From Catajapyx aquilonaris (Eukaryota), in contig JYFJ02002395.1 in NCBI GenBank assembly GCA_000934665.2, positions 1 through 57,610 on the forward strand: 57,610 nucleotides of DNA, given 5' to 3'. Positions 27,071 through 37,092 of this stretch are shown here, piece after piece. The notes below the pieces were generated by a model. The model was not told where the DNA came from. It saw nothing but the letters and a program-made list of their open reading frames with translations, and made no database searches. Within the stretch, counting starts at the first letter, position 1. Every line of letters starts with the position of its first letter. A program made the position numbers and the translations under genes.

Positions 27071-27743
27071 ACCGGAAAGGAGAAGTTGGCAGTGCCCAGG
27101 GGCGTAGGAGCCAAGTTATTGGTAATCATTCGGAGATTGCAATCCCACGTTTCTAATGACAAATGGGTTGTCCTAGGTAACCATCTTCACATGGTTAATA
27201 TCAAATCACATGTCAAAGGCAGGTGAATAGTATGGATTCTGGTGTTAATGGCCTGTCAGCGCATGCATACTGATCGCACCACATAGGCTGAATGTGTAGT
27301 GTCTGCAGTTGTTGGACCTACTTGTCAGATTTCTATGCCTCAACTATGCCTCAAATGTGAGTGAGGGTCGAATGTTGATATAAAAAATCAGTAGTGTACT
27401 TGTGGAACAATAAACCAATTGGAAAGTGCCACAATAAATGACGACAACAACGGGCTGCACAGAGAGATTTACATCACATGTCAGTAAAATTTTGTTGAGC
27501 TTGGAGGGCAACGCATAAAGAAGTACTGGCTCGTTGCACTAAAATATAAGGTAGAGTCTGTTTGTCGCCACAGTACTTCCATGAGACATGCAAATTATTC
27601 ATGTCATCCCATGACCAGTTATGATAATGTTGACTTAACGCCTGGCAACTTAATACGAGAATAAATTATCACATGTTGATCTTGTTACATTGGAGGTATA
27701 CAAGGAAGTACACGTTCTGTAGGAAGTATTTTCATTTTAGGCG

Positions 27744-28010
27744 CCCCCCGATGGTATCTCCACCTTATCGTGGTGGTGGGGTTTGCGTTTCTCCCGTGAC
27801 CCCAAGAGCTATGCCGGCGGTAGCTTCGTCTACTGGTAGGGCCACCCAAGCCGGACAGGTCTTTGGGATAGGAGACAGACTAAGAGAGATGCCAGTCTTT
27901 CCTCTCTTCTTTTCCCTCTTCGTTTCTCTCTCCATCTGTCCCACCTTTGCTTCTTCTTACAGCCAGATAGCCACAGTTGCTTTGGCTCCTTCCTAATAAA
28001 CCAAACCAAC
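27744..28010 (+). mobile_element. Short non-autonomous RTE-derived retroelement (RTE/BovB-like 5' region plus (CAAAC)n tail)
   Basis: 11-bp TSD cattttaggcg at 27733-27743 and 28011-28021. 5' part ccttatcgtgg..ggggtttgcg..gagctatgccg..agggccacccaagccggacaggtc resembles the conserved RTE/BovB 5' UTR. Ends aataaaccaaaccaac. Confidence 0.8.
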
Positions 28011-28869
28011 CATTTTAGGCGGAATCCAATTCCAATCACGTCCCCACACTGTGCCAAACTGACATTTTTACAGCTGGATGCTTAACTTTGCATAAGTAAA
28101 GTAGATGTGTGTCAGACAAAGTTATTCAAGTGGCACACGTCGCAATAGGAGTAGAATCACTGTTTGAATTTTTGTGGCATGTTCTTTATTGTCAAAAATA
28201 ATAATTAAGCTCACTGTGTCAGTTAGTGATGGGCAAGTTGTATAATGTTATGTCCCTTGGGATAACGAGGAAAAATGAAAGATATTTAGCGAATCAGGTG
28301 CGCTAATTTTTCAGGTTAATTTTGCTGTCATTTTTGCGGAGGTTGGTGCTCTACACTGCCCTTTCTCTCTCCTTCGACCAATGATGGAATGATGGTGTAC
28401 AGCAAGAGAGTATGGTCAAACTGGCCAAGGACCGTTGCCTAAAGTCCCACATTATTTGTGCTTCAGTTGGTCGGAATGCTTGGTTACATCAGACTGAGTA
28501 ATCATGAGAACGTGTCTTCCGTGATATGGGATATGGTGAAAAGTTTTTGTAATGGCATAATAAGTTTGCATTTTCCCGAAAGTAATCGTCATCAACCCAA
28601 TAGTTTTTTTTGTGTCGCAAGCTGTAAATTCCAAATTCTAATATTATTTAATAGAAGAGTAGCAATGTGCTCTAGTTTGGTGATGCTGTTCATTTTTTTC
28701 TGTGGGTATAACTGGTGATCTAATTATGAACTTCAATTTGACACGGGGAATTTACTGAGTTGACAAGAAACTTTAATTTAATTACGGTGTTGTTTCACAG
28801 CCTGTGTCCCTTTAATATAAGGCAACACATAAAGATATACTGGCTGGTTGCATCGAGTCTGTTTGTCGC

Positions 28870-29011
28870 CAACCTTGTGGGCAATTATGTTTAAAACCAA
28901 GGAACCCTCCTCGTCCATGCTGGTGATGGGCAGATGGTCTTCCGGGCACACCAGAGGTGGGACCTTGCACAGAAAAGACTTGATGGCAGGATAGTGTGGA
29001 TCCAACTCGGG
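28870..29011 (-). pseudogene. Copied fragment of DUF229 gene exon 2
   Basis: Matches 44764-44904 with 6 substitutions and 1 indel (PELDP..PAIKSFL.KVPPLVCPED.LPITSMDEEGSLVLNI.AH). Confidence 0.95.
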
Positions 29012-30196
29012 CTCAAGTAAATGAGTGTAAAACAAGTTGTATTTACAAAAATGGTGTAGTTGGTTATTATTGAGTTTGGTGTAGGCTACTTGCAAGTATA
29101 GAGAAGTGGCTTATGTTGAGACATAATACCCAAGAATATTTACATAGAGGTTTCACATGGTTAAAATAGGACTTTAACCCATGTTCCCACACATGGTTCA
29201 TTACATGGCAGTCTGATTACACTACCAAAGAAAAAATTACATTACAAATAGTTTCGACACTGACCGGTTCCTTTCTGCATCTGAGAGTAACATGTGCACG
29301 TCAGGTGCTATCTACTTTCTTGCGCTCATTTACAGCAGGTACGGTGCTCTGTGATTGCACTCAGTTTAACGCCATTACATAAGACTGGTGCTGTTGGTGG
29401 AATATCCTTCTGCTCATCAGTGCCCATCATGAGGCTAGTCGGCATTTAAAAGCAATGTATTAATTGTTTATTAGTACACATATCGTAGTGTACACCGGCT
29501 TCTCTGTGGGAAACATCTTATTGAAGTAATTGTCGTTACAACACTCACCTATGCACATGTTCCTTGCATGAAGAAACGACAAGAACTGCTCTCCACAACA
29601 TACAATATATTTGATGGGAAATGGTGAACAGTACTTGCTGTAATGGAGTAATAATAAGTTTGGTCCTTCTATTGTTGCATCTTGGTTTCAGCATAGGTTG
29701 GTCTTGACACATTCATTATTTTATGAGTTACTCCAAGAACTAATTTCATCGTGCCATTCTGCTCTGATATGGTGTATATCATGCCTGAAAAGAAAATTCC
29801 CTTACATTAGATTTGCTCAATTAGTTGCGATAAGGTGTTGTCACATACACAACTAAGTAGAAATGAAAAGCATGTCGTGTAGCAATTGCACCTTCATTTG
29901 AGAACATGGATCCATCCAAATTGCAGTAGACACATGAAAGCACACAGTTTTACTCGATGGCATATTATAGACTGTATAATCTTGCACAGTTGCTCAGTAA
30001 ACCACATCGCGGTTTGCAACAAAGTAGTAATGTTCAATACAAAGAAAACGCACAAATGAGCAATGTCGATTAAGTCGTTACAGATTATTAGTCTCTGACC
30101 AAAATATATTTATGTTTTATATTTTCCATGGTAACCAGAATCAACCTGGCAGGTGGCTCATCCACATTCTTTTTTTGAGTTTATTGTCTAGGAGAG

Positions 30197-32435
30197 ATGG
30201 ACGAAGCAGTTGTAAGTTCTACTCTTAACGTAGGTTTTGAATGGGAAGAACATGTGTCTCTTTCTTTATCACAAACTAGACCGTCTGTAGACGAATGTCA
30301 CATTGCATGTGTCGCTATATAAATTAAAATGGAAGTACTGACTCTGCATGCCCTAAGGACATGGCCTGAAATCAATTAATATGCTTGGCCTCATAAAATT
30401 CTGTTGGCTACGTTTGCATCGCTTTTGTCGTGTGCATTTGAAGCTTTATAGCGGCTACACGACCGCTTCTCTTTTTCTTAAAAGAACATGCTTTGTTTTT
30501 AACATTTACAAGATTGGTTGACAAATTAAATTTGCCAGGCGAACCATGTATTATTATGCAGTTTCTCTTGTCTGGGCGTATGGACCTAATCAAGATCCAA
30601 GTTCCTCCCTAATTATTTGCATGCTGCACATTGCATATCGTCAGTACGTACATGTACAGAATGGGTCGTACTTTAAAGGCGCTTTTACATGTGAACGATT
30701 TTACAAACGAAGCGGAGTGTAGTAACCAATATTGTTTGAGTTGAAAGTAACAATCGATTTTCACCTCAAACAATACTGGTTACTCGGGTTACGCAGCGTT
30801 GTTACCGCTCGGAGAAGACTTCGCTCGTCAAATCGCTCACATGTAAACGCAGCATAAATATGTCATAATAATTAGTGTTTTCTACGTTGTAACCAGCCCG
30901 TTCCAAATGAACAAGTGGAATGTGTTGGCAACATTTGTTGTTTACACTTCCCCTTTCCTAAGTTAGTCTAATGTCATTGGAATGGGATCCTCGGTTGCAA
31001 AGGTCAGTTAAAATTCCTACCAAGCCAAGCATACGGGGTAATGCAGAGTAATATCAGGCTGTCTTAGAATGTCCATGGTCATTAAGCGTAATTGTGAATG
31101 GCTGTTGTACATGAATGGGATCAAATAGTTCCGAGGAATGTTCGGCTGAAGCATTGAATCGGCTAAGATAATATTCATAAGTTATGTTTTTAAACAGTTG
31201 CCTATGACGCTTCTTCTGTTGGTGAAGTCGCAATGGCTGCCAACAATGTCTATGATAATGCTCAATTAGTGAGAAGAGTCTTACAAACTCCTGTAATTTT
31301 CTTGGCTTCTCCTAGGTTCCTTGCCATGCCCTCCTTAGGTCCAGTTTTAATCCAACCTTTCACAATGGCTCAAAAGCGCTATACTGCGCCAAACTGTTTC
31401 ATTTATTGCAATCAACAGTAATGATGGCGATTATACGTAAGTTGCACACCATCCATGCTGAACCGGACACTGTAATTAAATGTTAAGAGTCGGTTAAAAG
31501 TTTGGAGCAACTGGGTATTATAGTCACCGTGCCTCCTTCACTGGTCCGATCCTTTCAAACTTGCAGGGTGTTGAGGATTCTAAAGACATGAAGTACAACA
31601 GTTCGGATGAAGAGGACCCCGCATTTGTGGGCCGCAGCTCGGACAAGGAGAATGGGCCTAGACCCGAGGCGATCATCCTGCTATGCCAGCAGAGTGTAGG
31701 TGGAGGGGATGTCGCGCTCGATGCGGGAGAGAAAGAAGCTGTGATGCCATCGGAGGAGGCGAGCCAGGACTTTGCGGATGAGACTCCAGCAGGAGTAGGC
31801 ACCAAGAAGGTAGTTGCGCTGTCCGCCCTGGCCCCTTGCTTCTACCCCAGGCAGCATCACCAGCCCGCCATATTCATCGGGGACCTACGTCCTGCGGTGT
31901 ACAGGTTCCTCCCAGGCGAGAGGCTGCCGGATATTGACCCGTGCCTGACCACAGGGGAGCTCCAGAGGTCCAAGCCTCTCCTGAGCTCATGGTGGAGCGT
32001 GTGGGTGATCCACTCCCACCAGAAGAGGAACAGGTGGGGGGACAACCTGGCCCCCGTCACCTACATGCAGTCGCTGCCTGCCTTCCTGCGGTGAGAATCG
32101 TTAGGATTACGGATTACGAGAGAACAGGGTCATCATAATGAATATGATCTAAACACAATTATAGGCTGGACAGGGTATACAATGTAACGAGCCTAGTCTG
32201 ACAATAATAGTTTTAAAAATGCTTTTTGATGTTACATGTCCAGGTCATGGGAAGAACTGGGCGACCCGGGTCCCCTGACCACCTGCGGGCACGACTACGC
32301 TTGCTTCAGGCACGGGGTGAAGCCCATGTGGGAGTCGGACCGGAACAAGTACGGAGGACACTTCCGCATCCTGCTGGGGAAGAACGCTCCTCGGGACATG
32401 ATCAGGGACAAGTGGATGCAGAGCGTAGGCCTCAC

Positions 32436-32502
<67 letters not shown>

Positions 32503-33287
32503 CAGTCTTAAGAATCTTTGATCACCTGATGGTTGATTTGCCTTTCCTTTTCCGCAGCTTTTGTGCATCATTGGTGCTGGTTTTGGCTGGTACGGTATCC
32601 AGGTCACCGGAGCCATCGCAAGCTGCAGGCCCAGGGGGAATCGGATCGAGGTCTGGACCGAAGATTCAGACCAGGAGGTGGCCATCTTCCACATCGGGTG
32701 AGTTGGGCAAAACACTTTTATATGCTCTGATCTTTTTTAGCGAGGGTCCAAAATGACATCGCCGCTGTTGTTGTCATTGCTAAAATGACGTCAAAGGTCG
32801 TTCAGACTTGCTAAATATATCAGAGTGTAGCTGTTGCTTCGTTGCATTCTGAAATGAATTTTCCATTAATGACAAACTCTGGTTTTAGCTAATTATTATT
32901 AAAATGCAGGATTAACCAGAAGTGCTCAACTGAACATTTAAGCGATTCGGACTCATTTAGATGCGAGCGATGAAACCACTTGTTTGGGGGCAATGGTAAC
33001 AATCACGTTTCGCTCCCAAACAATTGACTTCATCGCTGCATATAGCGCTGATCAAATCGCTCAAATGTGCTCAAATGTGAGGCCGTAAATGTATGGAGAG
33101 GTCATTATTGAGAAGTTTGCTGTGCTGGACCGGATTAAACTGAAGATGGTTTCTGTTCCGTTGCAGGCAGCAGCTTAAGGAAATGTGGGATATTCCCAGT
33201 GGAACCAAGCTCTGCTACTACTGCCACACAGACATATTTGAGTGGGGCCAGCAGGAGGCCATGAAAAACCCTCGCTACCGGATCTGA
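30197..33287 (+). CDS. Divergent eIF4E-family cap-binding protein with long acidic N-terminal extension and PAM2-like motif (about 326 aa)
   Basis: Exons joined by hand, all GT-AG and phase-consistent: 30197-30211 (MDEAV, donor gtaagt; least certain exon), 31567-32090, 32244-32424, 32558-32697, 33167-33287 (TGA). Core reads KPLLSSWWSVW...RWGDNL...DYACFRHGVKPMWESDRNKYGG...DKWMQSLLCIIG...VTGAIASCRPRGNRIEVWT...HIG...YCHTD, collinear with the eIF4E fold. Alternative start at ATG 31588. Confidence 0.9.
30677..30854. mobile_element. PIF/Harbinger-like MITE (gcgtttacatgtgagcga family), in the first intron of the eIF4E-like gene
   Basis: TAA on both flanks; imperfect TIRs ..tttacatgtga.cgattt / aaatcgctcacatgtaaac.. 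Related copies at about 32930-33070, 35965-36063, 49054-49184 and 50197-50320. Confidence 0.8.
32436..32502. repeat. (AAT)n microsatellite in an eIF4E-like intron
   Basis: Pure taa repeats. Confidence 0.98.
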
Positions 33288-33633
33288 TGGGATGCAGCGA
33301 CTCTCTTCCTCCTGTTCTGGTTGGCAGCTAGAAAAAAGAAAAAAAAATCTGGAGTACTGGGACGTTGGTGTTCCCCGCAGGAATTCAGGTGTTTTTTTTT
33401 TGCGTGTGTTTTTTGTTATCTGTGTATGTGTGGGAGTGGATTGGTGCGGGGTTGAATAATTGTACTAGTTTGATGCTGAATGAGAATGTGTGTGTGATTA
33501 TTGGCAGTGTGAGAGTGTGAGAATGTGCTTGATGATTAGAGTTTTTTTATTTGTGTCAATTTAAATGAGACATTATATGGTTGTAACTTTATTTTGGTGT
33601 CATAAAAATGAATATTGTAACAGTGTGTTCCTC

Positions 33634-33864
33634 TTGCATTTCTCCCATGACCCCCGAGAGCTATGCCGGCGGTATAGCTTCGTCTACTGGTAGGGCCACC
33701 CAAGCCGGACAGGTCTTTGGGATAGGAGACAGACTAAGAGAGATGCCAGTCTTTCCTCTCTTCTTTTTCCTCTTCGTTTCTCTCTCCATCTGTCCCACCT
33801 TTGCGTCTTCTTATAGCCAGATAGCCATAGTCGCTTTGGCTTCTTCCTAATAAACCAAACCAAC
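33634..33864 (+). mobile_element. Second, 5'-truncated copy of the RTE-derived short element
   Basis: Highly similar to 27783-28010. A third small fragment lies on the minus strand near 39872-39918. Confidence 0.85.
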
Positions 33865-34221
33865 TACGACACCGAGTGTCATGTACTGTACACCATACGG
33901 TCTTGGCCAAATTTGATGTCATGTAACAACAGAGAAAAGTCAACAGCATGCGTGTTTTTGGTGTGGGGGCCCAAGTTTGCATGGCGAGGAGAACTGTGCT
34001 GCGAGTCAAACGACATGTAAAAATTGCTGAAGAAAAGTACACTTTGCTCATGTTTGCCGCGATATAAAGACTGACACATTAGGTGCAGTTGTAGAACCAT
34101 ATGAAAAAGAGCACATTTTTTTACTATAAATACATTGCTCTCACAGTATTCTCACCAATCTACCTGTAAGTACCGGTATAATCTCTTCACATTTACATGC
34201 AAGTAATAATTAGGCATACGA

Positions 34222-34572
34222 GGGGAGGTGTGGTGGCCGTGATGGTAACGTCACGGCTTGCTGTGTGAAAGGCCCCAGGTTCGATCCCCGCCTGGGGAAC
34301 TTTCCTTTCACCTGCGTCGGGAGGGTCTCTGACCTGCACCAAGGAGGTGTCTGGCAACCTAACCTCCTGGGGAACAGCACATGACCCGTTTTCAGACGTG
34401 CACCTTGGACCCATGTTCCCTCCCCAAAAATCCCCTATCCCTTCCCCATGTCCTTTCATCCTTGCACCGGAGTGAAGAAGAAAAAATAGAAAATTGAAGA
34501 AAATGGTGGTATCCCACCCCCCTAAGGCCCTAGCATGGGGTAACGTAAAAAAAATAAAATAAATAAAAAATA
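34222..34572 (+). mobile_element. tRNA-derived SINE
   Basis: A-box TGGCCGTGATGG at 34234-34245, B-box GGTTCGATCCC at 34278-34288, A-rich tail, TSD aggcatacga at 34212-34221 and 34573-34582. Confidence 0.85.
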
Positions 34573-35135
34573 AGGCATACGATAATGCAAACCAACCAAG
34601 TGCTCAGTGTAACGCTCAAAAAAGGACGACGGTTCAGCACACACTTTTTAAAGTACTGTGTACACATATTCATGTGGGTGCGACGGGTCTTTTATGACTC
34701 CACACATTCAGGCCAGAAGTATAAAGAATTATGACGAGCACTGCAGTCATTAAAAAGATGGGGTGATACAATCCCAAACGATCCCATCAAACTGTTCAAC
34801 CGGGCAGATTGCAGTAATTAGAGTGATTTCAAAGTCACTATCAATCTACCCTGGAGAGCCAAAAGACTGATATGAGAAATAAGAGCCTTTGTCAAGATCA
34901 AACACAAAAGGTTCCTGAGTGCAGGCTCATTTGTAATAAAATTATTGCCAACATCAGTTAATTCGGCAATGGGGCACGACTTGCCCAGCTGCGCAACCAG
35001 TTTCTATCTAACTGACTGACGGTAATGGCATCATTTTAACCAGCACTAATAATGTGACACATGCACGATTTTCGGTCTCAACTTCAGTCGCAAACTCACA
35101 AGTCGGAGAAAACCCCCAACCATGTCAAAAATAAA

Positions 35136-35779
35136 GCCACACAGTGATCATCATCATCATCATCATCATCATATCGCCTTCTACGACCTGGACAATCTCC
35201 TATAAGATTTCCTCCTAAATAAAGACTCATACAATATCTTACCACTGCAAATAAATTCTGACATTACTAATTTCGAGGCGATCCAAGGCATATTTGATAT
35301 TTCATTGGTGGTCAGAAGTCTCTGGACAATATCAAGAAAAGCTGAATATACCATAAGTGACCAGGTGTGCATCAGAGAAGAAACAGTGCAGAGATGCAGA
35401 CGCCCAGTAGACCCCGAACGGGAAGGTTGGGATTTTTCCTCGCTCCCGTCTTGCTGATTCGAGTGTCGGCGATCAGCCCCAGCTGACGACGGACCGTAAA
35501 CAATCTCCGTGTGTGAGTGAGATGGAGGGTAATGGGGAGCAGATCTCCAGGCCAGCTATTAGTAGCCAGCTGGAAAACCTCAAGCTGGACATTATCACCA
35601 GTGTGGACACCTCCATCACGAGCCTGAAGAACTCTTGGGAAGATGCCACACAGTGATCATCATCATCATCATATCATATCACCCTCTACGACCTGGATAA
35701 TCTCCTACAAGATTTCCTCCTAAATAAAGACTCCTACAATATCTTACCACTGCAAATAAATTCTGACATTACTAATTTC
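35136..35779 (+). repeat. Direct repeats of about 135 bp (35136-35274 and 35645-35779) flanking a 370-bp insert
   Basis: gccacacagtgatc(atc)n...ctacgacctgga.aatctccta.aagatttcctcctaaataaagactc...actaatttc occurs twice. Confidence 0.85.
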
Positions 35780-35837
35780 ATGTAATGGCAAGTATACACA
35801 GATAATAATTTGGATCCTGATATTTTTTATCGCTGAA

Positions 35838-37092
35838 TTAAGCAGCACATCCGCTGCATCTCTTCCCCTTTTTGCCTTCTTCTTCTCCTCTCAGGACAAC
35901 TGCAGGGTAATTTTCTGCAGTTAGTTTAGCGTAACTTTATAACGTAAATATGTTCATGAACTTATGCCGCGTTTACATGTGAGCGACGTACATCGCTAGT
36001 GAAAGTAACAATTGTGGTAACAATGCCCCAAACAATTGCTGATCAAATCGCTCACATGTAAACTTATGCATTTATTATTGTCACTCATAAATAACTCATA
36101 AATAATGCAAAAAAAATTACTTAACATCTCAAGGTGCTTTCAAAATTTAACGCATCCATTTTCATAGGAAATTTATAATAACTGACCAATGTCATCATCA
36201 GATTCGTTAGTGACAATTGAGTAGGTGTCTCCCCGTAGTTCAGCCATTAAACTGTCTTGGAAAGCAAGACCAGCCAGCCGGAAGAAGAAATCTGCAACAC
36301 CATCCCCAGTCTTGTTGGACACTAGCCACAACTCGGCTCCTAAATGATCGGCCACTTCGCTTCCATTCCGAAGTGCATCCTGATACACCTTGGAGACTTG
36401 CTGAACCAAAAAAAAAAAAAAAAAATGTTTTTAGCGGAGAAACAACACTTTTGTTCCAGTTCCGATGGCTGTGTCACCGAAGAACATACCAGGGCGTCAC
36501 TCTTGGTCCCAACAAGGAATATCATAGGTCGATGGCCCAAGTTGTCTTCAATAGCGACATGGTACCAGCTCACGGTGTGACGCAAGGTTCGAGAATCCGT
36601 ACTGTCATACACCAGTACAACAACTGGAAGTAAATGCCAACACATTATACAAGACACCTGCCTTTACATTGGTAACAACTTGACCAACTGACCCTGGGCA
36701 GTGTGATAAAATGATGCTTTCTGACGATGCAAATTCTTCCCAGAAGTGTCCCACATGTGAACGTTGAAAGGCATACTCATCACATCGAATCGCTCCATTT
36801 GGAAGTCCACTCCTAGTGTTGGTTTGTAGTTGACTGAGAATTTGTTGTGGCAGAAGCGATGGACCAGAGCAGTCTTTCCGGTGGCACAGTCGCCCAGGAG
36901 GAGGACTTTGCATATACGCAGAGCACTACGACCGAGGCCTCGTCCGCTCCGCCTGAATATCTCAACCTCAGGTGAGAAGTCACCTTGCTGGTACGGACTT
37001 GATTCTGGAACCTGTGGTGGCGGAAACGTTGACACCTGACGATCAGCCCTGGCATTTTTCTGCATCATCCTGTACATTCCCCACGGATCCAT
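35838..37092 (-). CDS. Rab34/Rab36-like small GTPase with divergent switch II (about 269 aa)
   Basis: Exons 37092-36693, 36623-36490, 36400-36187, 35899-35838, all GT-AG, total 810 nt in frame. G1 GDCATGKT, G2 YKPTLGVDF, G3 WDTSGK, G4 GTKSD, G5 VSNK. The N-terminal extension, RFC..KF..NYK.T.GVDF.MERF and FFRLA..AF are typical of Rab34/36. C-terminus KKGKRCSGCAA*. Confidence 0.85.
35965..36063. mobile_element. Shortened MITE of the same family, in Rab-like intron 3
   Basis: gtttacatgtgagcga ... tcgctcacatgtaaac inverted termini. Confidence 0.7.

Noticed and set aside
34222..34296. Possible tRNA gene
   Set aside because: A and B boxes are present, but there is no proper acceptor stem or cloverleaf. 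It continues into a 280-bp body with A-rich tail and TSD, so it is a SINE head.
35483..35501. Hammerhead-ribozyme-like core CTGACGA-cgg-a-ccg-TAAAC
   Set aside because: The invariant GAAA reads TAAA, stem II has a 1-nt loop, and I could not build stems I and III.
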